Assembly (NCBI GenBank): GCA_041619515.1
Contig: JBFKDW010000007.1
Coordinates: 1 to 62,227, forward strand
Source: Acidimicrobiia bacterium
Lineage (GTDB): Bacteria; Actinomycetota; Acidimicrobiia; Spongiisociales; SHLN01
Length of the DNA: 62,227 nt
Direction: 5' to 3'
Both the position numbers and the translations under genes were made by a program. Below, piece by piece: positions 9,280 to 18,532 of the stretch. The notes beneath the pieces were generated by a model. That model was not told where the DNA came from. It worked only from the letters and a program-made list of their open reading frames with translations, and did not search any database. Position 1 is the stretch's first letter. Each line of letters begins with the position of its first letter.

Positions 9280-10308
9280 ATGAACGTGGTAGGAGTTCTC
9301 ACCGCCGGCGGTGACTGTCCCGGGCTCAACGCCGTCATCAGAGCGGTGGTCGTCCGCGCCACCGAGACCCACGACGCCGAGGTGGTGGGCATTCTGAACG
9401 GCTGGGAGGGACTGATGGAGGGCCGCACCCGGCCCCTGGATCGCGACGACGTGCGGGGGGTGCTCGCCCGGGGAGGCACGATCCTCGGGACCTCGCGCCT
9501 CGACCCCTACGTCCACGGTGAGGGATACGAGAGCGTTCGGGGAAGCATCGAGGACAACGACATCGACGCGCTCATCGTCATCGGAGGTGACGGCACGCTC
9601 AAGACGGCGATGCAGCTGCACGAGGAAGGCGGTCTTCCGGTTGTCGGAGTGCCCAAGACCATCGACAACGACATTGCCGCCACCGACATCACGTTCGGCT
9701 TCGACACCGCCGTTCAGATCGCCACCGAGGCGATCGACCGGATCGCCACCACCGCCGAGGCCCACAACCGGGTAATGCTGGTTGAGGTCATGGGCCGCAC
9801 CAAGGGATGGATCGCCACCTACGCGGGCATCGCCGCCGGGGCCGATGCCATCATCATCCCGGAGATCGACTACGACCTGGCCTCCATCGCCAAGATCATC
9901 CGCAAGCGTCATCGGCGGGGACACACGTACTCGGTGGTCGTCATCGCCGAAGGCGTCGAACCGCCCGTCGAAGCAGAAGTGGAGTATCGGGTGGATCAGT
10001 TTGGATTCAAGCGCCTGGGAGGCGTCGCCTACGCCATCGGGGAGAATCTGGAGAAGCTCACCGGGTTCGAGACCCGCGTCACCGTCCTCGGCCACCTGCA
10101 GCGCGGCGGAACACCAACCGCCACCGACAGAGTCCTGGCAACCCGCTTCGGGGTGGCGGCCGCCGACCTCGCCGCCGAAGGGAGATACGGAACGATGGTT
10201 GCGTCGCGCGGTACCGAGATGGTGCCCATACCTCTGGCCGAAGCCTGCGCCAGCGTGCGCGGCGTCCCGACCACCCTCTACAACGTGGCCGAAACGTTCT
10301 TCGGGTAG
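9280..10308 (+). CDS. pfkA: 6-phosphofructokinase, probably ATP-dependent (group III)
   Basis: TAGGDCPGLNAVIR, GGDGT, PKTIDND, EVMGR and LGHLQRGG motifs. Confidence 0.92.
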   Translation: MNVVGVLTAGGDCPGLNAVIRAVVVRATETHDAEVVGILNGWEGLMEGRTRPLDRDDVRGVLARGGTILGTSRLDPYVHGEGYESVRGSIEDNDIDALIVIGGDGTLKTAMQLHEEGGLPVVGVPKTIDNDIAATDITFGFDTAVQIATEAIDRIATTAEAHNRVMLVEVMGRTKGWIATYAGIAAGADAIIIPEIDYDLASIAKIIRKRHRRGHTYSVVVIAEGVEPPVEAEVEYRVDQFGFKRLGGVAYAIGENLEKLTGFETRVTVLGHLQRGGTPTATDRVLATRFGVAAADLAAEGRYGTMVASRGTEMVPIPLAEACASVRGVPTTLYNVAETFFG

Positions 10309-10323
10309 GAGGTCGGGGACCCG

Positions 10324-11277
10324 TTAGGGGGCGGCCAAGAATGCCTCGGGCGGGACAGCGCCGCCGACCGGGTCTGACAACCCGCGCAGCGATGCAGCCA
10401 GATCCTCCGGAAGCTCCGCCCGGCAGAAGACCGTCTCACCCGTGAGCGGATGGGCGAACTCGAGCGTCCACGAATGGAGCCACAGCCGGCCCGGGTCGGC
10501 CGGGTCACGCCGGGCCGCCCCGTAGGTGCGGTCCCCGACAACCGGATGGTCGATGGCCGACAGATGCACGCGAATCTGATGGGTGCGGCCCGTCTCGAGC
10601 GTCACGGTCAGCAGCCCATGCTCGGTCCACGCTGCCAGTTGTTCGTAGTGAGTCCGAGAGGGGCGTCCCATCGGATGAACCCGCCTCCGCATCGGCCGGT
10701 TGGGGTCCCGGTCGATGGGAGCATCGACGGTCCCGGTCTCGATCGACATCGGTTGTTGCACCAGTGCCAGGTATCTCCTCGCCACGCGGCGCTCCCGGAT
10801 CAGCGTCCGCAAAGACTCGAGTGCCTGGTCGGTCTTGGCGATTGCCAGCAGTCCGGACGTGCCCTTGTCGAGCCGGTGAACGATGCCCCAGCGCCCGGCA
10901 TCGCCAACCCCCTCGACGTGCGGCCACCGATGGATGATTCCAGCGGCGAGGGTGCCCGTGGCGTTGCCTGCGCCGGGATGGGTGATGATCCCGGCCGGCT
11001 TATTGATCACCGCCAGATGCTCATCCTCCCAGGCGACGCTGAAATCGACCTCCTCGCTCAGCAGAGGCAGCGGATCGGGTGGCGGGGACCAGCCAACCTG
11101 CACGCCGGCCTCGACGCGGGCGGCCGGGGATCGCACCACGACCTCGCCGACCGCCACGTCGCCTGATTCGATCATCGAGCGGGCCTGGGCCCTGCTCACG
11201 GCACCGAGCACCGCAATCACCCGGTCGAGGCGTTCGCCGCCGAGGTCGGGCGGGACACGGGCCGCCGGTTGCGTCAT
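10324..11277 (-). CDS. rluD: RluA/RluD-family 23S rRNA pseudouridine synthase
   Basis: S4 domain (RLDRVIA), NKPAG, HRLDKGTSG and GRTHQIRVH motifs; ATGA overlap with lspA. Confidence 0.9.
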   Translation of the reverse strand: MTQPAARVPPDLGGERLDRVIAVLGAVSRAQARSMIESGDVAVGEVVVRSPAARVEAGVQVGWSPPPDPLPLLSEEVDFSVAWEDEHLAVINKPAGIITHPGAGNATGTLAAGIIHRWPHVEGVGDAGRWGIVHRLDKGTSGLLAIAKTDQALESLRTLIRERRVARRYLALVQQPMSIETGTVDAPIDRDPNRPMRRRVHPMGRPSRTHYEQLAAWTEHGLLTVTLETGRTHQIRVHLSAIDHPVVGDRTYGAARRDPADPGRLWLHSWTLEFAHPLTGETVFCRAELPEDLAASLRGLSDPVGGAVPPEAFLAAP

Positions 11278-11735
11278 GCGTTGGTTTTGGGCACAAAGGC
11301 CACCGCCACGGCCAGGGCGGCGCCGATGGTCAAGCTGGCATCGGCGACGTTGAACGTCGGGATGAACCAGAGGTCGATCCAATCGACCACCTCCCCGTCC
11401 AGGAACCCATCAGCGCGAAAGATCCGGTCGGCGAGGTTGCCGGCTGCACCACCGAGAATGAGGCCGAACACGACGGCTTCATGCCGGTGCTCGGCCGAGC
11501 CGCTCACCCGCACCAGCACCAGCACGACGACGATGGCGATCACTGCGATGAGGACTCCAGAGCCCTGCAGCGAGTTGAAGGCGGCTCCCGGGTTGCGCAC
11601 CAATCGAAACAGGAGAAAGTCGCCGAGCACCGAGGTGGGCCCATCCGAAAAGGCCGAGAGCGCCCACCACTTCGTCAGCTGGTCGGTAACCACCACGGCG
11701 GCGCCCACCCCCAGGGCAACGAGACGCGGGTTCAC
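11274..11735 (-). CDS. lspA: Lipoprotein signal peptidase II
   Basis: DQLTK, NPGAAF, GNLADR, VVDWI and FNVAD motifs; GTG start overlapping the dksA stop. Confidence 0.93.
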   Translation of the reverse strand: MNPRLVALGVGAAVVVTDQLTKWWALSAFSDGPTSVLGDFLLFRLVRNPGAAFNSLQGSGVLIAVIAIVVVLVLVRVSGSAEHRHEAVVFGLILGGAAGNLADRIFRADGFLDGEVVDWIDLWFIPTFNVADASLTIGAALAVAVAFVPKTNA

Positions 11736-12103
11736 CGTTTTGCGGAGCAGACCACGCACAGTGTCGTATAGGGGAGCACTTCCAGCCGAGCGATCGGAAT
11801 GGCGGAGCCACAGCTCTCGCACACCCCGTACTGGCCTTTGGTGATCATGGTTTGGGCGTGGGTGACCTTCCGAAGCAAGTCCCGGGCGTTTTCCACCAGC
11901 GCCAGCTCCTTCTCGTACTCGAACGCCATGGTGCCCCCGTCCACGGAATCGATGTCGGGATTGCGCTCCGAAGCCGTCTCGTTGAGCTTGGCTTGCTCGC
12001 GCTCTTCTTCCAGCTCCTCGATCATGCTCTCGAGGCGAGCACGCTCAGACTTGAGCTGGACCTTGAACCGATTGATCGTCGACTTCGCCAATTTGCGGGC
12101 CAT
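11732..12103 (-). CDS. dksA: TraR/DksA C4 zinc-finger protein
   Basis: YGVCESCG..IPIARLEVLPYTTLCVVC zinc finger; coiled coil with an acidic tip (DIDSVD). Confidence 0.85.
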   Translation of the reverse strand: MARKLAKSTINRFKVQLKSERARLESMIEELEEEREQAKLNETASERNPDIDSVDGGTMAFEYEKELALVENARDLLRKVTHAQTMITKGQYGVCESCGSAIPIARLEVLPYTTLCVVCSAKR

Positions 12104-12278
12104 TTCCCTCACTTCCATCCCCCGACGCGGCATCATCGGACCGGCTGCGAAACCCCAGGATGGGGCGAAACAGTAGCACGGAACCCACCAAACCAGCATC
12201 CTCACTCCAAATATTCCCATGACCGGAGATGCGTCGGGCTCTCCAGTTTCGAGGCAGCGGTGATTACACTTCCCGACT

Positions 12279-12467
12279 GCGATGACGGGGTCCGCCTGAG
12301 CGGCGGGTATCGCCCCCGAGCTGCGAGCAGAACGGCGCCCTGGTGCTCAGTAGATCTCGCCGGCACCGTCACGACACGACGGAGAACGAGCGGCCGCCGC
12401 CATGAGCGGCGGCAAGCCGGGTGGTACCGCGGGTCACACTCGTCCCGGCCATGAGACGAGGAGCGAC
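12279..12467 (+). promoter_or_regulatory. Translational ileS T-box riboswitch
   Basis: Short Stem I with ATC (Ile) specifier at 12309-12311; Stem II AGAA/AGTA S-turn; AAGCCGGGTGGTACCGCG T-box (bulge TGGTACC 12422-12428); CTCGTC (12439-12444) complementary to GACGAG at the RBS (12455-12460); -10 TACACT at 12265-12270. Confidence 0.92.
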
Positions 12468-15400
12468 ATGGCCGAAGGATTCAAGCGAGTGGCACCCCGG
12501 GTGCATTTCCCCGCCATCGATGGTGACATCCTGGCGTTGTGGGACGACATCGACGCGTTCCAAACCTCAATCGACCTACGGCCCCGCGACCGTTCCTACA
12601 CGTTCTACGACGGGCCCCCGTTCCCAACCGGCAGCCCACACTATGGGAATCTCCTCGCCGGCGTCATCAAAGACGTCGTTCCCCGCTACTGGACGATGCG
12701 CGGCTACCGGGTGGAGCGCCGCTTCGGGTGGGATACCCATGGATTGCCGATCGAGATGGAGGTCGAGAAGGACCTCGGCATCTCGGGGCCCCGCGCCATC
12801 GCCGAATTCGGGATCGACAAGTTCAACGAAGCCTGCCGGGCTCGAGTCCAGACCAACACCGAGACTTGGGAGGAAATCACCCGCCGAATCGGTCGCTGGA
12901 TCGACTTCGAAAACGACTACCGGACGCTCGACGTCGACTTCATGGAGAGCGTGTGGTGGGTGTTCCGAAGCCTGTGGGACAAGGGCCTCATCTACAAGGA
13001 CTTCAAGGTGCTGCCGTATTCGTACGGAGCCACGACACCCTTGTCGAACTTCGAAGCGAACATGGACTACCGGGATGTGGACGATCCGTCGATCACCGTA
13101 CGCGTGGCTGCGTCGGCCGACCATGGCAAGGTCCAGGAGGGGGACTCGTTCCTCATCTGGACCACCACTCCCTGGACGCTGCCCGGCAATCTGGCCATAG
13201 CCGTCGGCGAGGACATTACCTATGCCCGGATCTCCACCGACATCGATGGCCACGCCGGGCCTTTCTGGCTGGCAGCCGATCTGGCTGACGTCTACTGGCC
13301 GGAGGGTGAAGCAGAAGTGACGACCACCGCCACGGGCCGCGAGCTGGTCGGCGCCGCCTACCACCCTCCGTTCGACTATTTCGGCGAAGAGCGAGACCGC
13401 GGGGCGTTTCGCCTGATATCCAGCCCGGATGTCAATACCAGCGAGGGCACCGGGTTGGTGCACATGGCGCCTGCCTACGGTGAGGCCGACTTCTACGCGC
13501 TCCAATCCGCCGGGCTCGATGTACTGGTCGATCCGATCGATCTGGAGGCGCGGTTCACCGAGGCCGTCCCGGAGGTTGCCGGCCAGAACGTGAAAGACGC
13601 CGACGCCACCCTCATCCGCCTCCTCAAAGAGCGGGGCGCCATCGTGCGGCACACCCAGATCCGCCATTCGTATCCGTTTTGCTGGCGGACCGGCACACCC
13701 CTCATCTACAAGGCGATACCAACCTGGTTCGTGGCGGTCGAGTCGTTCCGAGAGAGGATGGTGGAGCTCAACGCCACCGTCCACTGGGTGCCGGACGCCA
13801 TCGGTTCCCGCCGGTTCGGCAACTGGCTGGCAGACGCCAGGGACTGGGCGATCAGCCGCAACCGCTATTGGGGCAGCTGTATCCCGGTGTGGGAGTGCGA
13901 CGGGTGCGAGGAATCGGTGAGCGTCGGGTCGATCGGCGAGCTCAAGGAGCTGTCCGGCGTAGAACTGACAGACTTGCATCGCCATTTCGTCGACCCGGTG
14001 ACATTCCCGTGCCGGAGCTGCGCGGGGACCATGACGAGGGTTCCGGAGGTCCTCGACTGCTGGTTCGAGTCCGGAGCGATGCCCTACGCGGAAAACCACT
14101 ACCCGTTCGAGAATGCCGAGACGTTCCAGAGCCGCTTCCCGGCAGATTTCATCGCCGAGGGCCTCGACCAGACCAGGGGCTGGTTCTACACCCTCATGGT
14201 GCTGGCCACCGCCCTGTTCGACGAGGTGCCCTTTCGCAACGGCGTCGTCAACGGCATGATCCTGGCCGAGGACGGTCGCAAGATGTCCAAGAGCCTGAAG
14301 AACTACCCGGACCCCGGTGAGCTCCTCGACGGCTTCGGCGCCGATGCGGTCCGCGCCTACCTATTGAACTCGCCGCTCTTGCGAGGGGAGCCACTCCGCT
14401 TTTCTGAGGCAGGCGTCCGCGACGTCGTCCGGACCGTCATGCTTCCCTATTGGAACGCCTACTCGTTCTTCACGACCTACGCAGAAGCCGACGAGATCAC
14501 GCTGTCGGACCTCGCCCAGGCGCCGGCGCCTGAGAGCCGGGCGGAGATCGACCGCTGGGTTCTGTCGGTCCTCCAGAGCCTGATTCGCCGGGTCAACGAG
14601 GAAATGGAGGGCTACTACCTCTACAGCGTGATCCCGCCGATGATCGATTTCATCGACGACCTCACGAACTGGTACATCCGCCGGTCGCGCAGGCGTTTCT
14701 GGCGCCAGCGCGAATCCGAGAGCGATGCAGACAAGCTGGCCGCCTTCGCCACGCTGCACGAGGTCTTGGTCACGTTCGGGAAGGTGATCGCACCCGTGTT
14801 GCCGTTCATCACTGAGGCGATCTACCAGGACCTCGTCGTCAACCATCGCCGCGGGACCGGGCGTGCCAGCATTCACCACGAGGACTACCCGGAGGCCGAG
14901 TCGAGCCTCATCGATCCGGTTCTGGAAGAGACGATGCGCGCAGTACGCGTTGCGGTTGGGCTCGGCCGTTCGCTGCGGGTCGCCAACAATCTCCCGATCC
15001 GCCAGCCGCTCGAGGCGCTCACCATCGTGAGCCGCAACCCCGCCACGCTCGAGGCCCTTGCCGGTCATGTCGATCTGCTGGCCGAAGAGCTCAATGTCAA
15101 GCGCGTCGAAACATCCTCAGACGAGGCCGCCCTCGTCACTCTTCATGCCAGGGCCAACTTCAAGATCCTCGGGCCGAAGCTGGGATCGAAGGTCAAGGAG
15201 GTGGCGGCTGAGATCGAGGGGCTCGATTCGGAGACCCTCCACCGGCTACTGGACGGTGAGCCGGTGGTGCTGCCTGCCACGGGGGTAGAGCTTGCGGTCG
15301 ACGATGTCGTGATCAACCGCCAAGCACACGAGGGGGTGGTGGTGGCTGCCGACGGACCGCTTTCGGTCGCCCTCGACTGCACACTCACCCCGGAGCTGGT

Positions 15401-15653
15401 GAGTGAGGGGCTGGCCCGTGAGATCGTCAACCGGTTGCAGGCAGTGCGGCGCGAGCAGGACCTCCATGTGACGGACCGGGTGCGCCTGTCGTGGCACAGC
15501 GACGACGACCACCTGGCCGAGGCGTTCGGACGGTACGCCGACTACATCGCCGGCGAAGTGCTGGCTACTGAGATCACCCGTCGTGAGGAGCCCCAAGAGA
15601 TCGCGTTAGAGGTGGGAACCGCCGCCGCGACGGTGACGATGGCCGTCGTCTAG
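12468..15653 (+). CDS. ileS: Isoleucine--tRNA ligase, type 2
   Basis: FYDGPPF, PHYGN (HIGH variant), GWDTHGLP, WTTTPWTLP, EGLDQTRGWFY, KMSKS; type-2 C-terminus (EGLAREIVNRLQ). Confidence 0.97.
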   Translation: MAEGFKRVAPRVHFPAIDGDILALWDDIDAFQTSIDLRPRDRSYTFYDGPPFPTGSPHYGNLLAGVIKDVVPRYWTMRGYRVERRFGWDTHGLPIEMEVEKDLGISGPRAIAEFGIDKFNEACRARVQTNTETWEEITRRIGRWIDFENDYRTLDVDFMESVWWVFRSLWDKGLIYKDFKVLPYSYGATTPLSNFEANMDYRDVDDPSITVRVAASADHGKVQEGDSFLIWTTTPWTLPGNLAIAVGEDITYARISTDIDGHAGPFWLAADLADVYWPEGEAEVTTTATGRELVGAAYHPPFDYFGEERDRGAFRLISSPDVNTSEGTGLVHMAPAYGEADFYALQSAGLDVLVDPIDLEARFTEAVPEVAGQNVKDADATLIRLLKERGAIVRHTQIRHSYPFCWRTGTPLIYKAIPTWFVAVESFRERMVELNATVHWVPDAIGSRRFGNWLADARDWAISRNRYWGSCIPVWECDGCEESVSVGSIGELKELSGVELTDLHRHFVDPVTFPCRSCAGTMTRVPEVLDCWFESGAMPYAENHYPFENAETFQSRFPADFIAEGLDQTRGWFYTLMVLATALFDEVPFRNGVVNGMILAEDGRKMSKSLKNYPDPGELLDGFGADAVRAYLLNSPLLRGEPLRFSEAGVRDVVRTVMLPYWNAYSFFTTYAEADEITLSDLAQAPAPESRAEIDRWVLSVLQSLIRRVNEEMEGYYLYSVIPPMIDFIDDLTNWYIRRSRRRFWRQRESESDADKLAAFATLHEVLVTFGKVIAPVLPFITEAIYQDLVVNHRRGTGRASIHHEDYPEAESSLIDPVLEETMRAVRVAVGLGRSLRVANNLPIRQPLEALTIVSRNPATLEALAGHVDLLAEELNVKRVETSSDEAALVTLHARANFKILGPKLGSKVKEVAAEIEGLDSETLHRLLDGEPVVLPATGVELAVDDVVINRQAHEGVVVAADGPLSVALDCTLTPELVSEGLAREIVNRLQAVRREQDLHVTDRVRLSWHSDDDHLAEAFGRYADYIAGEVLATEITRREEPQEIALEVGTAAATVTMAVV

Positions 15654-15674
15654 GCGCCGGGGCAGCCCGACGAC

Positions 15675-16403
15675 TCAGGCACGCTCCCAGGGGCGCTGGC
15701 CGCGGGGCTGCTTGAGATAGGCGGCCTCCCTGGCCTCTTCGCCCCCTTCTTCGATGACCGTCCCTGCCTCTTCGGTGACCTTGGCGGGAGCAGGCTCCTC
15801 CTGCGGCGTGTCGGCCTTCGAGCCCGGCTTGGGCTGCTCCTTAGCCGGTGCCGGCTGCTGGGCGTCACGGGCGGCGGCGGTCTGCTCGAGGATCTCTGAG
15901 ATCGAGTGGGTTTCGAGATCTATCGAGGCCCCGAGGCCCTCCAGATCGACGGAGGCGTTCTCGGCGAAAGACTTGAGCCGCGTCTGGAGATCGCCGACCG
16001 CGCTGCGCAGCTGCGCCACCCGCCGCTTGAGGGCTTCGTGCTCCCCGGCCGCCTCGTCGCGGGTCCGCTTCACCTCGGCTCGGCCCTCTGCCACCATGGA
16101 TTCGGCCTCGCCCTTGGCCTTGTCGACCAGGGCATTGGCCTTCTGCTGGGCCTCGCTCACCATTTCCTGGGACGTGCGCTGGGCGGTGATATAGGTCCGC
16201 TTGATTGCCTCTTCGGCCTCTTTGGTGCCGGCGAGATCTTGCTGCAAAGCGTCCAGCTGCTCCTGCTGCTGGCGCAGCTTCAGTTCGTAGCCGCGGAGAG
16301 TTTCGACGACCCGGTCGAGAAAATCCTCTACGTCGTCCGGGTCGTACCCGCGAAAACGCTCGCGGAAGGTCTTCTGTTGTACGTCAATAGCGCTCAGATC
16401 CAT
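15675..16403 (-). CDS. divIVA: DivIVA/Wag31 polar growth protein
   Basis: DVQQKTFRERFRGYDPDDVEDFLDRV DivIVA domain followed by coiled coil; last gene of the dcw cluster. Confidence 0.9.
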   Translation of the reverse strand: MDLSAIDVQQKTFRERFRGYDPDDVEDFLDRVVETLRGYELKLRQQQEQLDALQQDLAGTKEAEEAIKRTYITAQRTSQEMVSEAQQKANALVDKAKGEAESMVAEGRAEVKRTRDEAAGEHEALKRRVAQLRSAVGDLQTRLKSFAENASVDLEGLGASIDLETHSISEILEQTAAARDAQQPAPAKEQPKPGSKADTPQEEPAPAKVTEEAGTVIEEGGEEAREAAYLKQPRGQRPWERA

Positions 16404-16469
16404 GGGAACAGCATAGCCACAGATCGCCGACCGGTCTCGGGCGGCAATGCCACCCGCCGCGGTCGGAAG

Positions 16470-16724
16470 TCAGGAAAGCACCGAGTACAGGATTTGCAGG
16501 CCCACCAGCAAAACGATCACCGAGACATCGAGCGCAACCGCCCCCAGGCGCACCGGGGGTATGACCCGGCGCAGGGGTATGAGCAGCGGATCGGTAGCCG
16601 ACGCGAGGGCGCTCCGCAGCCGGCCGACCGGATGCCCGGCGGGAACCTGCACCCAATCCAGGATGATCCTGATGATCAGCGCGAATATCAGGAGGAGGAC
16701 GATGGTTGCGAGGATGCTTCTCAC
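16470..16724 (-). CDS. yggT: YggT/YlmG family membrane protein
   Basis: RIILDWV...TDPLLIPLRRVIPPVRLG...LDVS motif; synteny. Confidence 0.9.
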   Translation of the reverse strand: MRSILATIVLLLIFALIIRIILDWVQVPAGHPVGRLRSALASATDPLLIPLRRVIPPVRLGAVALDVSVIVLLVGLQILYSVLS

Positions 16725-16742
16725 GGATCGGCTTTCAGTTGC

Positions 16743-17264
16743 TCACGCGTCGAGCTCATAGAGGCCGAGGTCGGCCAGCCGCCGGAGCTCGCTGTCGCTC
16801 AGCGCCGTCCGCGCCGGCGCAACCAGAATGACCCCCTGGGCCACCTTCTGCATGGTCCCGTCGAGCGCGTAGGTGATCCCGCTGGCGAAGTCGACCAGCC
16901 TGCGAACGGTGTCGGGCTCGGTTTCACGCAGATCGAGTATGACCGGGCGGCGCACCCGGAGGTGATCGGCCAGCAGTTGCGCATCCGAGAACTCGGCGGC
17001 AACGACGATCTCGACCCGATGTTCCTGGCCGGGCACCGGCCGGACTGCGGTCGCCTGGCTCATGCCGACGGTTTCGACGCGAGCTTCCGTGTTGGCCGGG
17101 CGCCACCGGGTTCCGGCGGGAGGCTCGACCCGCCGGCCACGCGGCGGCTCCTCCGTGGGTCCCGGCCGCGCCACTTGCTGGGTCGACACAGCCGTCTCGT
17201 CGAGTTCCCGCGACTCTTCGTCGAGCCCCAGAAAATACATTGCCTTGTTCCAGATTGAACTCAT
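16743..17264 (-). CDS. sepF: Cell division protein SepF
   Basis: FSDAQLLADHLR..RPVILDL..RRLVDFASGITYALDG motif. Confidence 0.93.
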   Translation of the reverse strand: MSSIWNKAMYFLGLDEESRELDETAVSTQQVARPGPTEEPPRGRRVEPPAGTRWRPANTEARVETVGMSQATAVRPVPGQEHRVEIVVAAEFSDAQLLADHLRVRRPVILDLRETEPDTVRRLVDFASGITYALDGTMQKVAQGVILVAPARTALSDSELRRLADLGLYELDA

Positions 17265-17278
17265 CCGGTCAACCTCCG

Positions 17279-17914
17279 TTACTCAAAGATAGCCCGTCCC
17301 ACCCGTACGATGGTCGCGCCCGCCCGTATTGCTTCCTGAAAATCATCCGTCATCCCTGCCGATATCTCGACCACATCGGGGTGACGGTGCGCCAGCTCGT
17401 CCCGCAGAGCCCGGAGCTGCTCGAAGTATCCGCCGGCCGGCTCCCCGGCCGGCGGGATTGCCATCACACCCCGCAAGTCGACACCGAGGTCGACAACGTC
17501 GTCGGCCGCCGCAGCCGCGTCGGCCGGCCCAAACCCGTGCTTCTGCGGCTCCCCGGCCAGATTGATCTCGAGGAGGGCCGGCGGGGCCGCTCCCCCGTTG
17601 CGCACCCACGCCTGCGCCAGACGCCGCCTATCCAGGGAGTGAAGAAGCTCGATCAGCGGCCGCACCATCGCCACCTTGTTGCGCTGGAGCGGGCCGACGA
17701 AATGCCACCGGATGTCGCCGGGGAGCTGGGGGACCTTGGCGGCCAGCTCCTGGGCCCGGTTCTCTCCGAAGTCCCGGTGGCCCTCGTCGTACAGCGCCTG
17801 AATCGCCTCCACCGACCGGCCTTTGCTCACTACCACGAGCGTGATCGCCTCGGCCTGCCGGCCCGAGGCGAGCTGGGCCTCCGTCATGCGGGCCCGCACT
17901 TCGGACAGGCTCAT
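17279..17914 (-). CDS. yggS: YggS-family PLP homeostasis protein
   Basis: VVSK, FGENRAQE, WHFVGPLQRNK, SAGMTDDF and VRVGRAIF motifs. Confidence 0.95.
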   Translation of the reverse strand: MSLSEVRARMTEAQLASGRQAEAITLVVVSKGRSVEAIQALYDEGHRDFGENRAQELAAKVPQLPGDIRWHFVGPLQRNKVAMVRPLIELLHSLDRRRLAQAWVRNGGAAPPALLEINLAGEPQKHGFGPADAAAAADDVVDLGVDLRGVMAIPPAGEPAGGYFEQLRALRDELAHRHPDVVEISAGMTDDFQEAIRAGATIVRVGRAIFE

Positions 17915-18528
17915 TGCCAGCCAACCGTGGTCTGGCGCATCTCAGTCCCGGTGGCCCGGTAGCTGTGAAACGGCTCCTCGCAAAAGGTGCAGAGGTCGGC
18001 TCGCCAGACCTCCACGTTGGCCAATTGGCGCTCGGCTTCGGACCAGAGATCGACGCTGGTGGTGTTGCCCCGGGTGGTGGTCGCTCGGCCCGCGAACGCC
18101 TCGACGACCTCGGGCCCCACCTCGTAGCAGCACGGGCCGATTGACGGGCCGATGGCGGCCCGGCGGGGAGCTTCACCGGCCCGGGCGAGAAACTCGGTCG
18201 CACGTGCCACTACCCCAGCCTGCAGGCCCCGCCAACCGGCGTGGACTACGGCAACCGCCCGGTCGCTGTGCATGACCACCGGCACACAGTCGGCGGTTCG
18301 CACCGCCAGCGGCAGGCCCTTCGTCCTGGTCACGAGTGCGTCCGCCTTGCCGGCCAAACCGGGCGTCGAGACCTCCAGCACCTCCCGCCCGTGCACCTGC
18401 CGCATCCAGGCCCAGTCGGCGGAAATGCCCAGCCGTCCGGCCGCGGCGGAGCGCGCTTCGGGGTTCATCAGGTCGCCGTCGCCGGCGGTTCCGAAAGCCG
18501 CCCCGCTGTACGCAGGCGTCGTGATCAG
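17911..18528 (-). CDS. pgeF: PgeF/YfiH/YlmD peptidoglycan editing factor (polyphenol oxidase family); probable CTG start at 18528, alternative ATG at 18468
   Basis: QVHG, ADALVT, TADCVPV, HAGWRG, GPSIGPCCYEVG, CT and SYR motifs. Confidence 0.9.
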   Translation of the reverse strand: MITTPAYSGAAFGTAGDGDLMNPEARSAAAGRLGISADWAWMRQVHGREVLEVSTPGLAGKADALVTRTKGLPLAVRTADCVPVVMHSDRAVAVVHAGWRGLQAGVVARATEFLARAGEAPRRAAIGPSIGPCCYEVGPEVVEAFAGRATTTRGNTTSVDLWSEAERQLANVEVWRADLCTFCEEPFHSYRATGTEMRQTTVGWQ

Positions 18529-18532
18529 CGTG

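Noticed and set aside
11274..16403. ileS convergent with divIVA and divergent from dksA-lspA as a rearrangement
   Set aside because: The same arrangement is known in Streptomyces, so it is ordinary actinobacterial synteny
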